A DNA stretch of 64,000 nt from Octopus sinensis. Its lineage: Eukaryota. Position 1 is the stretch's first letter; each line of letters opens with the position of its first letter. Shown in pieces: positions 51,754-64,000 of the stretch. Position numbers and translations under genes: made by a program. The DNA lies in NCBI RefSeq assembly GCF_006345805.1, contig NC_043019.1, positions 30,813,360-30,877,359 on the forward strand, given 5' to 3'. Below the pieces are notes generated by a model, which saw nothing but the letters and a program-made list of their open reading frames with translations, searched no databases and was not told where the DNA came from.

Positions 51754-52050
51754 AAACAATTGCAGCATAGAAGGTGTTTGTAAGCCATTTAAAAACACAC
51801 AAGAACCACTAGATTCACTTCAACATTTAAATTTAATTTGTCAAAATATTTTCGTCACTTTGAAACCATGACCTGTTCACTGATAAAATTCCATGCTGCA
51901 TCTCAGAACTTTGTCAGTGAACAGGTCACAGGTCACAGTTTCAAAAGGAGGAAGATATTTTGACAAATTAAATTTAAATGTTGAAATAAAATTAACGGTT
52001 TTTGTGTGTTTTTAAATGACTTATAAACACTTTCCACACTGCAATTGTTT
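51754..52050. mobile_element. Inverted-repeat Penelope-like module with hammerhead motifs carrying G3:C8 in both arms
   Basis: Arms ~51754-51891 and ~51906-52050. The GTGAACA core is at 51874-51880 (-) and 51917-51923 (+). Confidence 0.7.
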
Positions 52051-52914
52051 TTGTTTCAGCACACGATCTCAGATCAGGTCACTTGCAATGGAAGTACATC
52101 TCCATAATATATATTGCAAAATCAATAACCCAACGCAAAACTCACTACATGCATGTTTCAGAATAAAGTGTTGGCTGAGTACAGAGTGGTAATAAGAAAA
52201 AGAGAAGACTAGGAATAAATGATTATCTTGTGACCTTCAGTAGCTAACAACTGTTTCTGCTATGAGATGTAGTGGATTTATAATTTCAGTGCCTGAATAG
52301 CACCTTATAGCTTCATTGGAACCTTGAATATGAAGTGCAATTTATCTGAGAAACAGGATGCTTTTTTTCCATCTGGCACCAGCACTAGTGAGGTAACTGA
52401 GTAACTTGTAAGACAACAAAATACCTTGTGACTGAGTGGGTATATAATAGAAAAGAAGGTGGCTAGGGAGAAGCACAGATGTTTTGATGCATAGAGTAGA
52501 TGCATGGCTACCTTACATGAGATAAGGGCTAGTGGGAATAGCAGGAAAGAAGATAAAACACAAGAATCCCAAATACATCAAACTGAAAATGAACTCCAAC
52601 TCAGAAAAACATGTGTTCAAATTATGTGACCAACAATATTATGTATCACTATTTCATTACCATCAACGTCAGTATTGAGTTACACAACTTAAAAGCTTAC
52701 AGTAGTATTATACTCTTTTACTTGTTTTAGTCATATGACTGTGGCCATGCTGGAGCACTGCCTTTAGTCAAGCAAATCGACCCAGGACTTATTCTTTGGA
52801 AGCCTAGTACTTATTCTATCAGTCTCTTTTTGCCGAGCCGCTAAGTTACAGGGACATAAATATGCCACTGTTGGTTGTCAAGCAATGTTGGGGTGGACAA
52901 ATGCAGACACACAA

Positions 52915-52983
<69 letters not shown>

Positions 52984-55640
52984 TATATATATATATATAT
53001 ACACATATATTCAATGGGCTTCTTTCAGTTTCCGTCTACCAAATCCACTCACAAGGCTTTGGTTAGCCCGAGGCTATAGTTGAAGACACTTGCCCAAGGT
53101 GCCACACATGTGGTTGGTAAGCAAGCTACTTACCACACAGCCACTCCTGTGCCTATATATCTCAAATCCTTTTAAATCAAAATTTATTTAGCAAATACTT
53201 TCCTTCAAAAGCAAGATAATTCTATACTGTTAAGACCAATCTTGCTGCTGGTGTAAAGCACTTGTGGCGCTGTCATGTAAAAACGCCACATAGAAGCATC
53301 CATATGGTGTCATGTAAAATCACCCATGCTGTGCCATGTAAAAGTGCCTCTGCAGTGCCGCATAAAAGCACCCAGTGCACTCTTTCTCTTTTACTTGTTT
53401 CAGTCATTTGACTGTGGCCATGCTGGAGCACCGCCTTTAGTCGAGCAAATCGACCCCGGGACTAATTCTTTGTAAGCCCAGTACTTATTCTATCGGTCTC
53501 TTTCGCCGAACCGCTAAGTGACGGGGACGTAAACACACCAGCATCGGTTGTCAGGCAATGCTAGGGGGACAAACACAGACACACAAACATACACACACAT
53601 ACATATATATACATATATACGACAGGCTTCTTTCAGTTTCCGTCTACCAAATCCACTCACAAGGCATTGGTCGGCCCGAGGCTATAGCAGAAGTCACTTG
53701 CCCAAGATGCCACGCAGTGGGACCGAACCCAGAACCATGTGGTTGGTAAGCAAGCTACTTACCACACAGCCACACCTGCGCCTATAAAGTGTTTGGTGTT
53801 AGGAAGGGCATCCAGCTGTAGAAACCATGCCAAAACAGACTGGACTTTGGGGCAGCTCCTCAGTTTACCAGCTGTGGTCAGACCATCCAACCCATACCAG
53901 CATGGACAACGAACATTAAATGAAGAAGATGATGATGATGATGGTGATGATGATGATGATATACTTTCTAAAACTGTGAGAGATAATAATAACCCAAAGT
54001 GCCATAGAGTGGGACTGAACCCATGACTGCATGGCTGGGAAACAGGTTTCTTAACCACACAGCCTACACATGTATAAATCATCATCATCATCATTGTTTA
54101 ACGATGATCTTCCATGCATGGTGATAATGATGATGATGATGATGATGTGTGTGTGCATGGGTGAGTGTTTGTGTGTGTGTGGGTGTGCGCGCGCATGTGT
54201 GTGTGCAAGCATGCATGTGTGTGTAAAGTTTAGGTCGCAAGGTCAAACAGAAGGTCAAACATGTAAAGGCCAAACTGAAATGACCCAAAACTCAGCTTGT
54301 AAAACTGAATCTTTGGAATACTGAATTTTGAAATATGTTGGTTGGGGGAAAAAAAAAATATCAAGCTTAAAAAAAAGAAATAACCCATTTATTTACAATT
54401 TTAAAAAAAGATGTTTATTCTAGAAACATAGAATGGCATTTCTTCTTTTAAATCAAACTACATCAGAATAACTATTTTAGAAGAAAAACAATTTTAAAAA
54501 CATTTATTTGCAGTTTGAGAATGAAATCTATTTGAGAAACTACCATATTTACTCATTTTATTGAGTCACATCAGAATAATTATTTTTGGGGAAATATGGA
54601 AAAAAATAGGGTAAAAAACATTTATTTACAGTTTAAAATTGAAGTCTATTTAAGAAACAAGAATTATTTTTTTTATTTTGTTTTGTCAAAATAACAAAGA
54701 CAAGCGAGATGCATTGGACATATTTATTTATAAAAAACATTTTTTCTTTTTTACTCGTTTCAGTCATTTGACTGTGGCCATGCTGGAGCACTGCCTTTAG
54801 TCGAGTAAATCGACCCCAGGACTTATTCTTTGTAAGCTCAGTACTTATTCTATCGGTCTCTTTTGCTCGAGCAGAAGTAGTGGGGGAGCATCATAGCTAT
54901 ATGTTGAGAGGAATTCTTTGGGATTTGGATAATTCACCTTTGGAAACATGGGTGTTTTGTTCAACATCCTCAAACAACTCTTTTTCAGGGACCTTTTGAG
55001 TGGAATGGGCTACTTGACCTGAAGAAAATTCTAACTGGTCCCCACCTGCAAGCTCATGTACTGTTTATCTTGATATAAGGTCAGACAGAATTCATTGAGG
55101 CAGATTTTCTACAGCCAAATACTTTTCCTACTGCTAGCCTACACCCATTTCCAAGCAAGGTAACATTTCCTCAGGGATGGCCATGTCTTCATATCCTGAA
55201 GGCCTTATATAAAGGTGACAGCTGTTTATAACTAGCATGTAATGTCAAGACAAAGAGATGCACATACAATGTGCTATCATATATACATACACATAAACAC
55301 ATATATACTCACACACATTCACAGATGTACACACACATATACATACACATATGCATATATACACACACATTCAGATATACATACACTCACATATATACAC
55401 ACACCACCACATACACATATACACACACTCACAGACACACGTACATGTACACACACATGTAAACACATACACACCCACATGTACACACATGTACTTGAAT
55501 GTACTCACACACACATGTACATGCATGTACGTACACACATGCACATATACTTACACACTCACATATACACATATATACACACACACACATATCTACACAC
55601 ACAAACACATACATTCACACACACACACATATATACACAT

Positions 55641-55644
<4 letters not shown>

Positions 55645-55678
<34 letters not shown>

Positions 55679-56235
55679 GGATTCTTTCAGTTTCCATTTA
55701 CCAAATCCACTCACAAAGCAATTGGCTTGCTCAGGCCTGTAGTAGAAGACACATGTTGAAGGCGTCACACTGTAGGACTCAACCTGTATCTACATAGGTG
55801 GAAAGTGCAAAGCCAATTTTGTCTGGCACTTAATTTCATATCTAACATTCACACACACACACACACACACACAATAGGATTCTTTCAGTTTCCATTTACC
55901 AAATCCACTCATAAAGCAATTGGCTTGCTCAGGCCTGTAGTAGAAGACACATGTTGAAGGCGTCACACTGTAGGACTCAACCTGTATCTACATAGGTGGA
56001 AAGTGCAAAGCCAATTTTGTCTGGCACTTAATTTCATATCTAACATTCACACACACACACACACAATGGGATTCTTTCAGTTTCCATTTACCAAATCCAC
56101 TCTCAAAGCAATTGGCTTGCTCAGGCCTGTAGTAGAAAACACATTTTGAAGGCGTCACACTGTAGGACTCAACCTGTATCTACATAGGTGGAAAGCACAA
56201 AACCGATTTTGTCTGAGGCTTAATTTCATATCTAT
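55645..56235. repeat. Three tandem ~190-200-bp copies of a decayed SINE head with (CA)n spacers
   Basis: attctttcagtttccatttaccaaatccactc...acataggtggaaag repeated three times. Confidence 0.9.
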
Positions 56236-57839
56236 CTACGACATGACTAGTTCTTAATTCATTTGTCTTGTTCCATAATAAACTGTTTAAATACTGTGCG
56301 TTAAAGTAATTACCAGAGTACATTTTCTCTGTGTTCAGTATTTTTTATGTTGGCTTTGGGGATACAAATATCGCATTTATAAGTGATGGCTTTAAAAATC
56401 TGATTTTACACGTGCTAATGGAAAGTCTACCAGGTCGTTCAGTACGTTACTTTCCAAGCATTACATATTCTGCGTTCACTTTCACAATTTGATTATTTCA
56501 CAATTGCGCATATATAAACCATGCACCTGTCATTTGTAAATATCAAATCGTAATTGCAGCTCACACAAGAACTGTTTGATTTCTCCCTGTCCATCAGAAC
56601 AGTGCATGGAACCTTCTTAAAACACCATCTCAGTACCAAATGCAGGTCATTTGGTCATTTATTAAGCTTATCTCTACTGATTTGCTATACAAATTGTGGC
56701 CAGAACTTATTCGGGTTACAACGGTTTGTATCTGAGATGGTAGATGTAAACAAACAATGAGTTCTCAGATATGAAATGTCGTAACAAAATCAGTTAAATG
56801 ATGAGACGGCGAGCTGGCAGAAACGTTAGAACGCCGGATGAAATGCGTAGCCATATTTCGTCTGCCGTTACATTCTGGGTTCAAATTTCGCCAAGGTCGA
56901 CTTTGCCTTTCATCCTTTCGAGGTCAATAAATTAAGTACCAGTTACGCACTGGGGTCGATGTAATCGACTTAATTCGTTTGTCTGTCCTTGTTTGTCCCC
57001 TCTATGTTTAGCCCCTTGTAGGTAATAAAGAAACAGATATATATATATATATGTTCATGCCACTACATCTCCCAGTCACGGAGGAAATGATAAGGGACCA
57101 GGAGAAATGGTGATTTGATAAGACACATCAAACTAAGTAAAATCGCAGTCTTCCACACATACAAGCTTGTCCGTTCAGGTGCCAGAGCTGCATTAAAGCA
57201 CCTGTGCTGGTGCTGTGTAAATGCACCCATGCTGGTAGCACATAATAAGCACCCAGCACACTCTTATTTCTTTATTGCCCACAAGGGGCTAAACATAGAA
57301 GGGACAAACAAGGACAGACAAAGGGATTAAGTCGATTACATCGACCCCAGTGCATAACTGGTACTTAATTTATCGACCCCCCCGAAAGGATGAAAGGTAA
57401 AGTCGACCTCAGTGGAATTTGAACTCAGAACGCAGCGGCGGACGAAATACCACAAAGCATTTCTCCGGCATGCTAACGTTTCTGCCAGCTCGCCACCTTA
57501 AGCACCCAGCACATTCTGTTAAGGGGTTGGCATTAGGAAGGGCACCCAACTATAGAAACCATGCCACAACAGACAGTTGGAGTCTGGTCAGATCCCTGCT
57601 AGCAAGTTCCATGTCAAGCTGTCCAACGCATGCCAGCATGGAAAGCAGATATTAAACGATGATGACACACACACACACACACTTCACACACATACATGCA
57701 CTTCACACACACACACACACACACACATCACACACACACACACTTCACACACACACACTTCACACACACACACACACTTCACACACACACACACTTCACA
57801 CACACACACACACTTCACACACACAGACTTCACACACAC

Positions 57840-57875
<36 letters not shown>

Positions 57876-58295
57876 CCACAGACACACACACTCCACAGAC
57901 ACACACACAAAGTTTGCTGTTCATAAGTCAGAAAAGAAGTGCACTCAGTACGAGAAATCAAATGTTTATATTTTCGTATTGCTGAGCAGAATATTCCTGG
58001 TTAAAATATACAACTGGTGAGGCTGTTACAAACAGTTTCATATTGACTATTACACTCAACAATATCGGCAACTCTTCAGAGACCTTGCTGCTTTCTGCTT
58101 GCTAACTAGTCATCAGCATTGCCTATTGCATTAGTGTGTGCAAATCTATTGGTAACTGTCTGACCAGTTATACGATATCATCAGGAACATGCTGCTCAAC
58201 AATATACACACATACATACACAACACAACAAGCTTCTTTCAGTTTCCATCTGGCAAATTCTTTTGCAAGGCATTTTTTGGCCCAAGGTTATAGTA

Positions 58296-58819
58296 CAGTG
58301 TTTCTCAAAGTGGGTGGGGGCGATGGAAAGATCCAGAGGGCCATTGAAGAAAAATGGGGCGATAATGGGGTGATCAAAATGGGGCAATGGATGTAAAAAA
58401 AAAAAGAAAAAAATATATGTATATATATGTGTGTATATGTGTTTGTGTGTCTGTGTTTGTCCCCCTAGCATTGCTTGACAACCGATGCTGGTGTGTTTAC
58501 GTCCCCGTCACTTAGCAGTTCAGCAAAAGAGACCGATAGAATAAGTACTGGGCTTACAAAGAATAAGTCCCGGGGTGGATTTGCTCGACTAAAGGTGGTG
58601 CTCCAGCATGGCTGCAGTCAAATGACTGAAACAAGTAAAAGAGTAAAAGAGTAAAATAAAGGGTTAGTTAGGTTAATTTTAATTTGTGAAATACTGTTGT
58701 TTTGAATTTGCTGCAGAAAATGGTCTTTGTCTCCGATGGTGAGTGGGGGGTGGGGGTCACTAGTAAGGTGGCCTTAGAACCAAGGGGGTGGCAGCCTGAA
58801 AAATGTTTGGGAACCTCTG
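58296..58819. mobile_element. hAT-like MITE nested in a SINE and itself containing a SINE 3' half
   Basis: TIRs cagtgtttctcaaa / tttgggaacctctg and a degenerate 8-bp TSD ttatagta/ctatggta. Confidence 0.65.
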
Positions 58820-61023
58820 CTATGGTAGAAGATACATGTTCAATATGCTGCCCAGTGGGAATGAACCCAAAACCACATGGTTGAAAAGTGAACATCTTAA
58901 CCAAGCTATGTTTTATATATCATCATCGTTTAGCGTCTGCTTTCCATGCTAGCATGGGTTGGATGGTTCAGCAGGGGTCTGGGAAGCCAGAAGGCTGCAC
59001 CAGGCCCAGTCTGATTTGGCAATGTTTCTACGGCTGGATGCCCTTCCTAACGCCAACCACTCCGAGAGTGTAGTGGGTGCTTTTTACGTGCCAGACGAGG
59101 CTGGCAAACGGCCACGGATTGGATGGTGCTTTTTATGTGCCTCCGGCATGGAGGCCAGTCGGGGTAGTACTGGCAACGGCCACGTTCGATGGTTCTCTTA
59201 CGTGCCACTGGCACTGAGTATGCACATAGGTGCAGGCAGGACTGTGTGGTAAGAAGCTTGCTTCCCAACCACATGGTTCCAGGTTCAGTCCCACTGTGTG
59301 GCACCTTGGGAAAGTGTTTTCTACTATGACCTCAGCCTCACCATCTTCTCCTCACATTTGTCATCTCAGGCATTTGAATCTTGACTACTAATAAAGCCAT
59401 AAGTGTCGACCCCATAAGGATGAAGGGCAAAGCTGACCTTGGTTAAATTTGAACTCAGACTATAATGACTATTATTTCAAATTTTGGCACAAGGCCAGCA
59501 ATTTTTGAGGGGAAGAGTTAGTTAATTTTATTGACTGTAGTACTTGACTGGTACTTTATTTTATTGACTCTCAAAGGATGAAAGGCGAAGTTGATCTCAT
59601 ACAAAGCTGGAAGATACGTCACTAAGCAATTTTCTGATGCCCTAAGGATTCTGACACTCTGCTACCGTAATAACAATAATCCTTTCTGTCATAGGCACAA
59701 GGCTTGAAATTTGGGGGAGGGGGATAGTCAGTTACATTGACCCCAGTACTCAACTGGTACTTGATTTATCAACTCTTTCCTACACTTGGCACAAGGCCCG
59801 AAATTTCTGGGAACAGGGATGGTCTATTAGATCAACCCCAGTACACAACTGGTATTTAATTTATTGACCCTGAAAGGATGAAAGGTAAAGTCGACCTCGG
59901 CAGAATTTTAACTCAGAACATAATGACAGGTGAAATACTGCTAAGCATTTCATCCAGCGTGCTAACGATTCTGCTAGTTTGCCATCTTAATTAATAATAA
60001 TAATGAAGGACTCTCCTGTCGAAAACAACATATGAGCATTCAGCTTTTACCAAAGTAGTGGAGGTACATGGCCTAGTGGTTAGAGCAGTGGACTTGCTGT
60101 CAAGGGATCGCAGGGTCAAATCTCAGACCGGGTGGTGTGTGTGTTTATGAGTGAAACACCTAAGCTCCACGCGGCTCTGGCAGGAGGTAATGATGAACCT
60201 CTGCTGACTCTTTTGCCACAACTTTCTCTCACTCTTTCTTCCTGCATCTTGTAGCTCACCTGCGATGGGCCAGCGTCATTCATGTGGGGAACCTATATGC
60301 CAAGGAAACCGGGGAACTGGCCCTATAAGCCAGGCGTGGCTCGAGAAGGAACAAATAACTCTGTAAAGTAAATGTTAGAAAGTGTATCTGGCCATAGAAA
60401 CCAAGACAGGATAGAAATTTGTTGATCGATGTGTGGTTCTTAGGTCATATGCAGGAGGGGAATAACCCCAAACAACAACTGATTCAAATTATGACAAACT
60501 GTTCAGCCCATGCCAGCATGGAAAGTGGTCATAAAATGACTAAGAAGATGATTCAAATGCCATTAATTCTATAATCACCAATAGATATGATATCTTTTGC
60601 ATGCAAAAATAATATCGATCAAATGTAAAGAAACCATAGAGTTTATCCAAACTTTGAATTTTGCTGTTTTCTTCCCACAAGGGATTAGCATTTGAAATGT
60701 CAAAAGGCATTATAGAGTTTAAAAAAATGGAAACATTGACATTTTCATTTAATTATCATATGACTATCTATATGATGTAATATAAGTCTATTGGTTTTCT
60801 TTAATTTGCAATTAATAATAAATCCAATAATTTTCTGTTAGCATACTTTGTCGATGGACATATCATGGCTTAATGGTTAGTAAGTTTGCTTTGCAACCAT
60901 GAGATTTCAGGGCCAATGCCATCAAAAACATCTTTGGTAAGTGGCTCTTACCAAAGCTTGAGATTGACCCAAGACTTGCAAGTGAAGCTGCTTAGTCAGA
61001 AAGTGTGTAGAAACCTTCTAGAT

Positions 61024-61499
61024 CAGTGGTTTTCAACTGGGATCCACATGACTCTTGTGGATCTATAGAAGATTTGGGGGGCTCCACACAAGCAAAATAG
61101 TATATTAAGGATCTGTGAACAAATTTTGCTTGAGATGTCTTTTATTCCAAGAAACAGCTAGGTTTCTTTCTCTGACAATTTACATAGTACAAACTACACA
61201 AGTTAACGGGTGAAAAACAAAATAGGGATTTTGTGAGAAGTTTCTACAAAACTCATTTTTAAACACTGAATGGCTCTGGGGATCCACCAGAATAAATTAG
61301 CAATCAAAGGGATCCCAAGATAAAAAAAAATAGTTGAGAACCATGTCTTATATAGTTTAACGTACAGAAGTTAATTTGTGAAAAACAAAATAGGAATTTT
61401 GAAAGAAGATTCCATAAAACTAGATTTTAAACATCAAATGCCTATAGGGGTCCACCAGAATAAAGGGGTCCACAGATTGAAAATGGTTGAGAACCTTTA
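61024..61499. mobile_element. hAT-like MITE with duplicated right part
   Basis: cagtggttttcaac ... gttgagaacc with TSD TTCTAGAT (61016-61023, 61500-61507). ~61200-61342 is repeated at ~61357-61499. Confidence 0.7.
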
Positions 61500-61561
61500 T
61501 TCTAGATGGACTGTAGCTGTAATTTTAGGGTTCAATCTTGTACATTATGTCTGCCTGAGAA

Positions 61562-61792
61562 TTAACCCTTTTGCATTTAAACCAGCTTTATCCAGCCCAA
61601 ATTTCCTACTTGTTTTACGTTCAAAAACTGGCCAGATCCACTATTTCACACCTACCCTACAATGTCATTCAAAAAAATAAACAACCACATCATTGAAACC
61701 TTGAAGCTATAAGATAAAGCATGATTAATTCAAAACACTGTGAATCAATAAGCCTTACATTTGATGGAGTGGTCTGAATGCTAAAGCATTAA
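61562..61792. mobile_element. TTAA-flanked piggyBac-like MITE; relatives at ~33230-33428 and ~36720-36910
   Basis: ttaa-cccttttgcattta ... gaatgctaaagca-ttaa termini and a shared body. Confidence 0.6.
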
Positions 61793-62149
61793 AGATACAT
61801 GTCTGTGGAATTATCAGCCAATTACATGTTTATTCAATAAGCAGTTAGTCCAGGTAATCAAACAACTGAATACTCATCAATTGAAATCAATGGAGATTCA
61901 TTTATTTTGGAGATGACATAAGATGACTGAGTGTGTAAATGGTTAAGTCTGACAAACCACCACACAACCAATTGAAAACCTAATTACTTATAATGTGTTT
62001 TTGTATTCAATATATAATCAAAACATAATTCAGAGCAATTAACGAGCAATTTTTATTGTTACTTAGCTCCAGGGGATCCTAAAAAAAACTTCGTTTTCCT
62101 GATTATTTTAAGCAGTGTTTCATTTTATATGGTGTCCTTCCCAACCAGT

Positions 62150-62485
62150 GAAGGCACATGGCTCAGTGGTTAGAGCGTAGAGCTTACAATCATGAGGTTG
62201 TGTGTTCTATTCCAGGACCAGGCTGTGTGTTGTGTTCTTGAGCAAGACACTTTATTTCACGTTGCTCCAGTTAACTCAGCTGTAGAAATGAGTTGTGACC
62301 TCACTGGTGCCAAGCTGTATCGGCCTTTGCCTTTCCCTTGGATAACATTGGTGGTGTGGAGAGGGGAGGCTGGTATGCATGGGTGACTGCTGGCCTCCCA
62401 CAAACAATCTTGCCCGGACTTGTGCCTTGTGGGGGGGACTTTCTAGGTGAAATCCCATGGTCATTAATGACCGAAGGGGGTCTCC
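62150..62485 (+). mobile_element. tRNA-derived SINE (second CORE-like family); copy at ~5672-6010 (-)
   Basis: ggcacatggctcagtggttagagcg head and ttcttgagcaagacacttta motif; the 3' body is shared between copies. Confidence 0.8.
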
Positions 62486-63213
62486 TCCCTCCCAACCAAT
62501 TTGTTGTGAGAGACACTGCATAAAATGCTCTAAATCAGAAGGCACGGAGGTCCATGTGTGTTGCTAGAGTAGAATATTTTGAAACCGAAAGCAAGAGAGT
62601 GCATTAAGAGAGGAACAGACATTGTCATCAACCCTCTGTTGTTGTTGTTCAGGGTCACTCATAGTGCCCACAGTGCCACAGGATCCACTTATCTTGTGTT
62701 GGTTTTGTTGTGGAGGTGCATGGCTTAGTGGTTAGGATGTTGGACTCATGATCAAAAGATTGGGGTTTCGATTCCTGGACTGGGTCATGCATTGTGTTCT
62801 TGAGCACATTGCTCCAGTTCATTCAGCTGGCAAGAATGAATAATCCTGGGATGGACTGGCGTCTCATCCAGGTGGGCAATGTATATGTCATGAAATCAGG
62901 AAACCGGCCCTTATGAGTCAGTATGACTCAATGAAGTAACCTCGACCTTACCCTTTTTCTTTTTTAGAGGAGGATAACTGTCTTGGATCAACACTGACAT
63001 CACTTTTGATGAACTATTATAAGCAAAGTAAGAGCAGAATTAGTTGTGTAATAAGTGGCTTGCTTCTCAACCACATGGTTATGGGTTCGGTTCCACTGCA
63101 TGGCACCTTGTCAAGTGTCTTCTACTATAGCCTCGGGCCAACCAAAGCCTTGTGAGTGGATTTGGTAGGCAGAAGCTGAAAGAAGCCCATTGTGTATATA
63201 TATAAATATATAA

Positions 63214-63259
<46 letters not shown>

Positions 63260-63397
63260 ATATGTTTGTGTGTTTGTGTTTGTCCCTCCAACATTGCTTG
63301 ACAACCGATGCTGATGTGATTACGTACCCGTAACTTAGTGGTTCGGCAAAAGAGACTGATAGAGTAAGTACTAGGCTTATAAAGAATAAGTCTTAGA

Positions 63398-64000
63398 ACT
63401 AATAATTGAAAAAATAATTGAAAGAAATGATTGAAAGAAATAATTGAAAGAAATTATTGAAAGAATAATTGAAAAAATAATTGAAAGAATAATTGAAAGA
63501 AATTATTGAAAGAATAATTCAAAGAAGTAATTGAAAGAATAATTGAAAGAAATAATAGAAAAAAATAATTGAAAGAAATAATTGAAAGAATAATTGAAAG
63601 AAATTATTGAAAGAATAATTGAAAAAATAATTGAAAGAATAATTGAAAGAAATTATTGAAAGAATAATTGAAAGAAATAATTGAAAGAATAATTGAAATA
63701 AATAATTGAAAGAATAATTGAAAGAAATAATAGAAAAAAATAATTGAAAGAAATAATTGAAAGAATAATTGAAAGAAATAATTGAAAGAATAATTGAAAG
63801 AAATAATTGAAAGAATAATTGAAAGAAATTATTGAAAGAATAATTGAAAGAAGTAATTGAAAGAATAATTGAAAGAAATAATTGAAAGAAAATAGAAAAA
63901 AATAATTGAAAGAAATAATTGAAAGAATAATTGAAAGAAATTATTGAAAGAATAAGTGAAAGAAATAATTGAAAGAATAATTGAAAGAAATAATTGAAAT
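63398..64000. repeat. AT-rich 12/13-bp minisatellite running off the window end
   Basis: (AATAATTGAAAG / AAATAATTGAAAG)n. Confidence 0.95.

Noticed and set aside
63398-64000. Possible telomeric or coding repeat
   Set aside because: Not TTAGGG-like and rich in stops; an ordinary AT-rich minisatellite.

Overview
Eukaryotic, AT-rich and repeat-dense DNA, most likely from an octopus (coleoid cephalopod); this is inferred from the tRNA-derived SINE repertoire and microsatellite load. Almost all listed ORFs are microsatellite or SINE artefacts. Three phase-compatible minus-strand exons (44183-44227, 20434-20573, 12193-12364) encode the start of a type II membrane ENPP/nucleotide pyrophosphatase-phosphodiesterase-like protein. 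It has a Thr-rich stalk, no visible somatomedin-B exons and an altered active site (Zn-ligand Asp to Gly, nucleophile Thr to Ser). The introns carry SINEs (CORE-, V-, Deu/Nin- and Meta-domain types), RTE, Dong/R4, mariner and Penelope GIY-YIG relics, a Helitron and hAT/piggyBac-like MITEs. The main hidden signal is about a dozen type I hammerhead ribozyme motifs in (TA)n-flanked, often palindromic Penelope-like modules, including core variants (G3:C8, U3:A8, C4). Two sequence-divergent ~360-nt tandem units (19488-20030, 50003-50831) share one hammerhead-centred multi-hairpin architecture with covariation, making them a candidate retrozyme-like circular RNA family. Structures were parsed by eye and repeat boundaries are approximate.
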